Shown piece by piece: positions 44,483-52,233 of a stretch of 64,000 nt of DNA. The notes under the pieces are model-generated. The model searched no databases, was not told the DNA's origin, and saw only the letters and a program-made list of their open reading frames with translations. A program made the translations under genes and the position numbers. The stretch is from Candidatus Eiseniibacteriota bacterium (GTDB lineage Bacteria > Eisenbacteria > RBG-16-71-46 > JABDJR01). The stretch lies in NCBI GenBank assembly GCA_963728475.1, contig CAVSKL010000004.1:529103-593102 (forward strand), in the 5' to 3' direction. Every line of letters starts with the position of its first letter. Within the stretch, counting starts at the first letter, position 1.

Positions 44483-47406
44483 ACACCCAGGCGATCCGGT
44501 GGTGCGCGGCGGCCGCCATCCTCATGACGGCGGCGGGGAACGCGGGGGCGGAGGCCCCGGTCCCGCCGCGAACCCCGGTGCCGGCGGTGGGAGCCGCCCC
44601 CTGGGCCGCGTTCCGCCCCTGGATCCCCGCTCCCGCCACCCCGGTTCCGATTCCGTGGGCGGCGGGCGGCGACTCCTGGGCCGGGTGGCGGGCGCCGGTT
44701 CCCGCGGAGGAGGCCGAGCCCCCCCGCGAGGGTCCCACCGTGGCCGAGGCCTCCAGCGTGGAGGCGGGGGCGCCGCCCCTGTCCGGGGAGAGCGACGCCT
44801 TCCGCGCGGCGTGGCCCCTGGCGCTGGAGGCGGCGCGCGCGGGCGAGGCGGACAGCGTGCTCTCCGTCCTGTCGGGGGCGCGGGCCCAGACCGTGGAGGG
44901 GCGCCGGCGGGCGCGGCGGCTGGCCTTCGCGGCGGCGGTGGCCTCGGGGAATCGCGCCGCCGCCGATTCGCTCTTCTATCGAATCACCTGGGACGACCAG
45001 GGACGGACCGAGGCGCGGCTGGCCGCCTGGCGGTCGCTGGCCTCGGGGCGGGGCGCCGAGGCGGCGGGAGCGCTCGCCGGGCTTCCCGCCCCCACCGCCG
45101 GGGAGCGCGCGGCGGCGGCGATGGCGCGCTGGATGGCCGACCCCGGCTCCCCCGATCCCGGCCTCACGGGGGCGGAGGCGTCGGGGATTCCGGGGGTGGC
45201 GCTGGCCCTGGCCCGGGCGCGGAGCGATCTGGTCTCGAACCGTAGGGGGGACGCGCTCCGCACCTTGCGGGCGATCGATGCGGCCTCGGTGCCGCCCGGC
45301 TGGAGCGGGACCTACGCGGCGCTCCTGGGCCGGGCGGGCCCGGACACCGCCGCCGCCGGGGGCGCGGACGAGGCGGCCTATCGCGAGGCCGCGGCCGCGT
45401 TCGCGGCGGGGGACACCGCGCGCGCGCGCCCCCTCCTCGACGCCTGGCTCGCCGCCTACCCGGTTTCCCCCGAGCGGGCCCGGGCGCTCTTTCTGCGCGG
45501 CAGCCTCCGGCTGGCGGCGGGGAGGTTGCGGGACGCGGCGGACGATTTCCGGGCCGCGCGGCTCCAGGGCGATGCCCAGACCTCGGCCCGGGCCGGCCTG
45601 GGGCTGGCCTTCGCCCAGGCGCGCAGCCGGCGGTTCGGCGAGGCCCGGTCGCTCTACGAGGAGGTGCTGAACGGACCGCTCGGCCGGGTGGCGGAGCCCG
45701 AACTCCTGTTCGACCGCATCCGGATCGCGCGCCTCGCCGGCAACGACTCCACCGCCCGGAACACCCGGCTCCGTCTGGAGGAGGGCTTCCCCGGTACGCC
45801 GTGGCCGGCGCGGGGGGCGGCGGACACCGTGGCCTCGGAGTGGGGGACGCCGTGGCCCACGCTGCCGCCGGAGCCGCTCCACGCATCGGTGGTCCCCGCA
45901 CCCCGCGACGGACCCTGGGGCGCGCTCCTGTGGGGGGACGAGGTCCTTGCGCGGACCGCCCGGGCCCTGGCCGGAACTTCGGAAGAGGCGACGGCCACGC
46001 CGGTCCCGGCGCCGGCGTCGCCGGTTCCCGCCGGTCCCGTCCCGCCCGGGCCCCGGGCGACGGTGGGGGTGGCCGGCGGCGGTCCCGCCGCGGTGATCCT
46101 GGAGGGGGCGGCCGGCGGCGGCACCCGGGAGCTCGAGTACCCGGGCGCATGCCGGCCACTCGGTATCGGCGGGACGGAACGGACTTCCCGACGCCCGGCG
46201 GCTGGACTGGGAGGGCGGGTTGGGGGGCGAGGCCGGAACCCTCCGGTGGAACTTCCTCGCCTCCGGGGTCACCCGCAAGGACGAACGCGCGGGCGAAGTG
46301 GGCCTGGTGGACGAACCGGTGAGCGCGTCGTGGAGCGCGTTGCGCTTCAACGCCGAGATCCGGCCCGAGGGCCCCTGGCGCGGTTCGGCCTGGATCGCCC
46401 CCGCGCGGGGACGGGTGGCCGTGCCCACCCCCGGCGACTGGAGAACGGCGCAGGCGTGGCTGGGGGGCGAGGGGAGCTACGCGGGCGCCGGCGCGCTCTT
46501 CACCGGCCGCCTGGACGTGGCCTCGATCGAGCAGAGCCAGCCCCAGCTCGGCACCTTCCGCTACTGGTACCGGAACCTGCGCGTGGTGCGGCACGACCCC
46601 GCCGGCTGGTACGCCGGGGCGCGGGCGGCCGTCTACAACCACCGCGCCCTCCTCCTCCCGGTGGCGGGGGTCGAGGGACCGGTGGGGGGAGGCTGGAGCG
46701 GATGGGCGGCCACCGAGCCCGGCCTGGCGCTTCCCTCCTTCCGGCGCACCTTCGTCCAGGACGGCGACTGGAACGTGCCCGATCTCACCCTGCCCGCGGT
46801 CCGGCGCGACCTGGATCTTCGCGGGGGGCTCCGTCGCGGCACCACCGAGGACTCGGTGGGGGTCCGGGCGGGGATCTTTCGGGAGAGCGGCACCCGCACC
46901 TGGCGCCGGGAGGACGGGCTCTTCGTGGAGAGCGCGGAACGTCACGCGGTGGGCGCGTCGGTCACCGTCGAGGGGCGCGCGACCCAGGGCCGGCTCACCG
47001 CAGGCGGCACCCTCACCCTTCAGCGGGTAGCCGCCTCCGGCGACCGGGTGCCGTACCTCCCGGACGTGAGGGGACGACTGGAACTGGACTACGCCTACCG
47101 GGGTTGGCGCTGGGAGCTGACCGCGCTCGGAGTGGGGGGGCGACGCGACGAGACCGGCGCCGCCTTCGGGTCGTTCATCCGGTGGGACGTGGGGGTGGAC
47201 TACCGGCTCCGCGGATCCGGGTTGCCGCTGGAAGCGCGGTGGGTGGACCTTTCGCTCACCGTGCGCAACCTCACCGGCGTCGAGGACCGCCGCTGGCCGG
47301 GGGTGCCGGGCACCGGCCTCGGCGTGTACGGCGGGGTGCAGGCGGCTTACGGGAACTGAGCCGGAACCGGAACCGGCGCCCCGGACGCGCCGTCGAACCC
47401 CGGTGA
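44479..47406 (+). CDS. exported TPR-like protein. The ORF as read runs to 47406, but only about 44479-46150 looks coding in this frame (apparent frameshift into the next feature).
   Basis: The GTG at 44479 overlaps the previous stop (GTGA). Signal peptide VNTQAIRWCAAAAILMTAAGNAGA, then Ala/Arg-rich helical repeats and a Pro-rich linker. After ...GGGTRELEYPG the frame turns Arg/Gly/Pro-rich and loses its third-position GC bias. Confidence 0.5.
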   Translation: MNTQAIRWCAAAAILMTAAGNAGAEAPVPPRTPVPAVGAAPWAAFRPWIPAPATPVPIPWAAGGDSWAGWRAPVPAEEAEPPREGPTVAEASSVEAGAPPLSGESDAFRAAWPLALEAARAGEADSVLSVLSGARAQTVEGRRRARRLAFAAAVASGNRAAADSLFYRITWDDQGRTEARLAAWRSLASGRGAEAAGALAGLPAPTAGERAAAAMARWMADPGSPDPGLTGAEASGIPGVALALARARSDLVSNRRGDALRTLRAIDAASVPPGWSGTYAALLGRAGPDTAAAGGADEAAYREAAAAFAAGDTARARPLLDAWLAAYPVSPERARALFLRGSLRLAAGRLRDAADDFRAARLQGDAQTSARAGLGLAFAQARSRRFGEARSLYEEVLNGPLGRVAEPELLFDRIRIARLAGNDSTARNTRLRLEEGFPGTPWPARGAADTVASEWGTPWPTLPPEPLHASVVPAPRDGPWGALLWGDEVLARTARALAGTSEEATATPVPAPASPVPAGPVPPGPRATVGVAGGGPAAVILEGAAGGGTRELEYPGACRPLGIGGTERTSRRPAAGLGGRVGGRGRNPPVELPRLRGHPQGRTRGRSGPGGRTGERVVERVALQRRDPARGPLARFGLDRPRAGTGGRAHPRRLENGAGVAGGRGELRGRRRALHRPPGRGLDRAEPAPARHLPLLVPEPARGAARPRRLVRRGAGGRLQPPRPPPPGGGGRGTGGGRLERMGGHRARPGASLLPAHLRPGRRLERARSHPARGPARPGSSRGAPSRHHRGLGGGPGGDLSGERHPHLAPGGRALRGERGTSRGGRVGHRRGARDPGPAHRRRHPHPSAGSRLRRPGAVPPGREGTTGTGLRLPGLALGADRARSGGATRRDRRRLRVVHPVGRGGGLPAPRIRVAAGSAVGGPFAHRAQPHRRRGPPLAGGAGHRPRRVRRGAGGLRELSRNRNRRPGRAVEPR
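46220..47359 (+). CDS. beta-barrel outer-membrane-protein-like segment, probably the C-terminal part of the preceding gene
   Basis: Protein-like sequence with alternating beta-strand patterns, ending ...LSLTVRNLTGVEDRRWPGVPGTGLGVYGGVQAAYGN (TonB-dependent-receptor-like C-terminus). This frame opens after the stop at 46094-46096, and its only start codon before the good sequence is the TTG at 46220. Confidence 0.5.
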   Translation: MGGEAGTLRWNFLASGVTRKDERAGEVGLVDEPVSASWSALRFNAEIRPEGPWRGSAWIAPARGRVAVPTPGDWRTAQAWLGGEGSYAGAGALFTGRLDVASIEQSQPQLGTFRYWYRNLRVVRHDPAGWYAGARAAVYNHRALLLPVAGVEGPVGGGWSGWAATEPGLALPSFRRTFVQDGDWNVPDLTLPAVRRDLDLRGGLRRGTTEDSVGVRAGIFRESGTRTWRREDGLFVESAERHAVGASVTVEGRATQGRLTAGGTLTLQRVAASGDRVPYLPDVRGRLELDYAYRGWRWELTALGVGGRRDETGAAFGSFIRWDVGVDYRLRGSGLPLEARWVDLSLTVRNLTGVEDRRWPGVPGTGLGVYGGVQAAYGN

Positions 47407-47428
47407 CCGGACGAAACAAGGAGGGCGC

Positions 47429-48061
47429 ATGCTGGATCTCATGAGCAAGGGCGGACCGCTGATGCTGGTGATCCTGCTCTGCTCGATCGCCTCGTTGACC
47501 ATCATCCTGGAGAAGCTGTTCCTGCTTCGCGCGACCAAGAAGCGCATGGACGCGTTCGGGGTCCGGATCCAGGGGATTCTCAAGTACGGACACCTGGACG
47601 AGGTGGAGAAGCGGGCGCGCGAGCAGCCGAACCCGGTGGCCCGGATCTTCCTGGCCGGGCTGGAGAAGGCGGGGCAGGGTGAGGCGCGGATCCGCGAGTC
47701 GATCCAGATCGCCGGGGAGAAGGAGGCCCGCCGCCTCCGCCGCCACGTTCCCGGTCTCGCCACCATCGTGGCGGGGGCGCCGCTCCTCGGCTTCCTGGGA
47801 ACGGTGCTCGGCATGATCGAGGCCTTCCGGCAGATCCAGGAGCTGGGCGGCAACGTGAACGCCTCGGTCCTGGCCGGCGGCATCTGGCAGGCCATGCTGA
47901 CCACCGCCGCCGGGCTCACCGTGGCCATTCCCACCCTGTTCGCGCACAACTGGATCGCGAGCCAGATCAAGGCGCTGGTGGAGGAGATGGAAGACGCCTC
48001 GCAGACCCTCCTGGAGTCCCTGAATCCGCGCGGTCCCGGCGCCGGCGGGGGAGGTGCGTGA
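47429..48061 (+). CDS. MotA/TolQ/ExbB proton-channel family protein
   Basis: 210 aa. Motifs GGPLMLVILLCSIASLTIILEK, GAPLLGFLGTVLGMIEAF and LTTAAGLTVAIPTLFAHN. Confidence 0.85.
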   Translation: MLDLMSKGGPLMLVILLCSIASLTIILEKLFLLRATKKRMDAFGVRIQGILKYGHLDEVEKRAREQPNPVARIFLAGLEKAGQGEARIRESIQIAGEKEARRLRRHVPGLATIVAGAPLLGFLGTVLGMIEAFRQIQELGGNVNASVLAGGIWQAMLTTAAGLTVAIPTLFAHNWIASQIKALVEEMEDASQTLLESLNPRGPGAGGGGA

Positions 48062-48480
48062 TGTTCCGTTTCGAGGAACAGGACGCCACCATCGGCACCA
48101 TGGAGGCGGCGCCGATGGCCGACATCATTTTTCTGCTTCTCATCTTCTTCTTGCTCTCGTCTTCGTTTATATTGCCGACAGGGATCCCGGTGAATCCGCC
48201 GAAGTCCGAGACCGCGGTCACCGCCAAGGAGCAACCGATCGTGGTGACCTTGACCCGCGCCGGCGACACCTACCTCGACGAGGAGAAGGTGGCGCCGGCG
48301 GAGCTGGCCACCGCCCTCGGAGCCAAGCTGGCCAACGCGCCGGTGAAGGCGGTGGTGGTGCGGGGGGACGAATCGATTAGCCTCGGCCGGTTGGTGGAGG
48401 TCATGGACATGGCCCGGGACGCCGGCGCCGAGAAGCTGGCCATCGCCACCGAGCAGAAGAAATCCGGACGCCGGCGCTGA
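48058..48480 (+). CDS. ExbD/TolR biopolymer transport protein
   Basis: Overlaps the ExbB stop (GTG at 48058 or ATG at 48061). Single TM segment MADIIFLLLIFFLLSSSF followed by a periplasmic domain. Confidence 0.8.
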   Translation: MMFRFEEQDATIGTMEAAPMADIIFLLLIFFLLSSSFILPTGIPVNPPKSETAVTAKEQPIVVTLTRAGDTYLDEEKVAPAELATALGAKLANAPVKAVVVRGDESISLGRLVEVMDMARDAGAEKLAIATEQKKSGRRR

Positions 48481-48554
48481 CCCTCAGCATCCGGCAGGCG
48501 GCGGCTCTCCGCGCGGGAGGCCGTCAGGATCGCGAAGGAGGAACCATCGTCACG

Positions 48555-49636
48555 ATGGCAGGAGCGACCACCGCCCGGTCATGGGCGGATATGGCGTTCG
48601 AGCAGCTTCCCATTCCCGCCGCGGTGCTCGACCCCAAGCGGCGGGTGCTCGCGGCCAATGCCGCGGCCCTCGACCTCCTCCGGACGGATCTGGACGAGAT
48701 CAAGGGCAAGGACCTCACCGAGGTCGTCCGCAGCGACGACCCCACGTGGTGCAGCATCGACCCGGTGGACCGGCTGGGGGCGCCGAGCATCGGGCGGAAA
48801 CTCAAGGCCAAGGTCCGCAACCGGCGCCGGATCCTCAAAGTGGGGGTCTACCCCCTGCGGGACGGCGAGAGCGGAGACGAGGTGGGGATGCTGGTCACCA
48901 TCCGGGACGCCCGCACCGCCGACCGGGATCCGCACGAGGAGAAGGATCATCTCGCCTCGCTGGGCGAACTCTCCGCCTGCGTGGCCCACGAGATCCGCAA
49001 TCCCCTCACCGGCGTCCGCACCACCGTGCAGTTCGTGGATTCCAAGCTGACCGCCGGGGACCCCAGGCACGAGGATCTCCAGGAGGTGATCAAGGAGCTG
49101 GACCGGATTGAGCAGATCATCGGGGACCTTCTGCTGTTCGCCCGGCCCGCCGAGGGGCACAAGGTGCAGACCGACCTCAACGCGCTGGTCGACCGCATCC
49201 TGGATTCCATGGAGAACCAGTTCTCGGCGGCGGAGGTGACCGTCCGCCGCAACCTCTCCCCGGGGCTCCCCCCGTTCGTGTTCAGCCCCGACAACATGCA
49301 ACAGGTGCTCCTGAATCTCATCCGGAACGCGCTGGAGGCGATGCCGGAGGGGGGCAAGCTCAAGGTGACCACGGGGCTCCGCCACTACCGCTCCGAGCGG
49401 CCCCCGGCGGTGGAGATCTTCGTGGGCGACACCGGACACGGGATTCCCGAGGATCTCCTCGACGACATCTTCAAACCCTTCTTCACCACCCGGCACAACG
49501 GCACCGGGCTGGGGTTGCCCATCTCGGCCAGCATCGTGCGTGGTCACGGCGGCCGCATCACCGCCCGCAATCGCGGCAAGGGAGGCGCCACCTTCCGGAT
49601 ATCCATGCCGCTCGTGCTGGAGGAAGAGCCGGACTC

Positions 49637-49640
<4 letters not shown>
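48555..49640 (+). CDS. cytoplasmic PAS-domain sensor histidine kinase (NtrB/AtoS-like)
   Basis: H-box LSACVAHEIRNPLTG, N-box LLNLIRNALEAM, G-boxes VGDTGHGIPED and GTGLGL. No TM segments. Confidence 0.85.
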
Positions 49641-51079
<1,439 letters not shown>

Positions 51080-51146
51080 TTTTCCCTCCGGATCCCTCCG
51101 AACCGCGCACTCCAAGCCATCCGCGTACTGCCTGAATTCTTGGCAG

Positions 51147-51163
51147 TGTCCAGATTCTGGACA
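51147..51163. promoter_or_regulatory. palindromic site TGTCCAG-ATT-CTGGACA (candidate enhancer/UAS 1)
   Basis: Perfect 7-bp inverted arms read directly from the sequence, centred about 191 bp upstream of the -24 GG. Confidence 0.4.
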
Positions 51164-51230
51164 GATTCGTGTAACTGATTACCAGATCACCTGCTACAAG
51201 GAAAGGGCGGGGCTTCTGATGCTGTAACCA

Positions 51231-51243
51231 TCCAGTTTCTGGA
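51231..51243. promoter_or_regulatory. palindromic site TCCAG-TTT-CTGGA (candidate enhancer/UAS 2)
   Basis: Same core as site 1, centred 82 bp downstream of it and about 109 bp upstream of the -24 GG. Confidence 0.4.
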
Positions 51244-51344
51244 CACTTGCGGAGTTCTCCACCGTCCCCGAAGCGCCGGTCTGAGTGCGGTCAAACCTCG
51301 TAACTCATGGCGGTCCTGAGGGTTGGGTCGCCAGGGAACGGCGT

Positions 51345-51360
51345 TGGCATGAAAGCTGCT
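51345..51360 (+). promoter_or_regulatory. sigma-54 (-24/-12) promoter
   Basis: TGGCATG-AAAG-CTGCT against the consensus TGGCACG-N4-TTGCW. The GG (51346-51347) and GC (51358-51359) are at the canonical spacing. It lies about 35 nt upstream of the GTG at 51394. Confidence 0.55.
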
Positions 51361-51393
51361 CTTAGGAGCGGTCCAGAGGATTGGGGGTTAGTC

Positions 51394-51804
51394 GTGGCTA
51401 AGACGGTCTTGATCGTCGAGGACGAACGACTCTTGGCCCGGACCTTATCGACCGCGCTGAAGGAAGCAGGATACGACGCCGTCGTGACTCATTCCGCGGA
51501 ACAGGCGGAGAAGCAGTGGCTCGGGGAAGGAACGTTCGATCTCGTGATCCTGGACAACCGCTTACCGAAGGCGACCGGGCTGGAGCTGCTTCAGGCCGCG
51601 CGTGCCGCGGGCCGGAGTTCCAAGGTGATCCTGACGACCGCCTTCGGGAGCCGGGACGTGCGGTCGGAAGCGCGGCGACTTCAGGTGGACCGCTACGTGC
51701 GCAAGCCCTTCGATCTCGACAGCATGATCCTGAGTGTAAACGAGCTCATCGGCAGCCCCGGGAACGGGGTGTCGGCAAATACCCACAAGGAGGGGGGTGA
51801 GTAA
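51394..51804 (+). CDS. single-domain CheY-like response-regulator receiver
   Basis: Motifs VLIVEDE, FDLVILDNRLPKATG, ILTTAF and VRKPF. I prefer the GTG at 51394 (GAGGA/GGGGG upstream), because the ATG at 51349 sits inside the sigma-54 promoter; the track start is 51307. Confidence 0.75.
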   Translation: MAKTVLIVEDERLLARTLSTALKEAGYDAVVTHSAEQAEKQWLGEGTFDLVILDNRLPKATGLELLQAARAAGRSSKVILTTAFGSRDVRSEARRLQVDRYVRKPFDLDSMILSVNELIGSPGNGVSANTHKEGGE

Positions 51805-51806
51805 CC

Positions 51807-52097
51807 ATGGCAAAGAAGAAGACCGCGAAGAAGAAGGCGACCAAGAAGAAGGCCGCCAAGCGCAAGACCGCCAAGAAGAAGGCGGGCAAGAAGAAGGTCG
51901 CGAAGAAGAAGGCCGGCAAGAAGAAGGCCGCCAAGCGCAAGACCGCCAAGAAGAAGGCCGGTAAGAAGAAGGCCAAGAGGAAGGCCGGCAAGAAGAAGGC
52001 GGCCAAGAAGAAGGCGGGAAAGAAAAGGGCCAAGAAGCGCTCCGCCAAGAAGAAGGCCTCCAAGAAGGCCCCGTCGAACCGCATGATCAAGATGTAG
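51807..52097 (+). CDS. Lys/Ala-rich histone-H1-like basic protein (96 aa)
   Basis: MAKKKTAKKKATKKKAAKRKTAKKKAGKKKVAKKKAGKKK.... Strong AGGAGGGGGG RBS; the ATG is 2 nt after the receiver's TAA. Composition resembles bacterial Hc1/AlgP-type H1-like proteins. Confidence 0.7.
   Translation: MAKKKTAKKKATKKKAAKRKTAKKKAGKKKVAKKKAGKKKAAKRKTAKKKAGKKKAKRKAGKKKAAKKKAGKKRAKKRSAKKKASKKAPSNRMIKM
51851..51997 (+). repeat. direct tandem repeat (75 nt + 72 nt) inside the H1-like gene
   Basis: Both copies start with the identical 32 nt ggccgccaagcgcaagaccgccaagaagaagg (at 51851 and 51926) and encode AAKRKTAKKKAGKKK.... Copy 2 carries a 3-nt deletion. Confidence 0.6.
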
Positions 52098-52113
52098 GTT
52101 CGTCCGATCCTGG

Positions 52114-52133
52114 CCTTCCCTTCCGGGGGAAGG
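52114..52133 (+). terminator. possible hairpin terminator after the H1-like gene
   Basis: CCTTCCC-TTCCGG-GGGAAGG, a 7-bp stem 17 nt after the stop. There is no clear U-tract, so support is weak. Confidence 0.3.
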
Positions 52134-52233
52134 TGTGGTCGAGAGGGGTCGGTGACGGGACGTTGTTCCGCCGCCGGCCCCTTACCATTTCCCCTCCCTC
52201 GGCTCCTCCGGGGCGATCGGCTACAATGGCCGG

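Noticed and set aside
51307-51393. Earlier starts (51307, or ATG 51349) for the CheY-like receiver
   Set aside because: ATG 51349 lies inside the -24/-12 sigma-54 promoter element, so it would not be on the transcript. Receiver domains normally begin a few residues before the (I/V)L(I/V)V(D/E)D strand, which fits GTG 51394.
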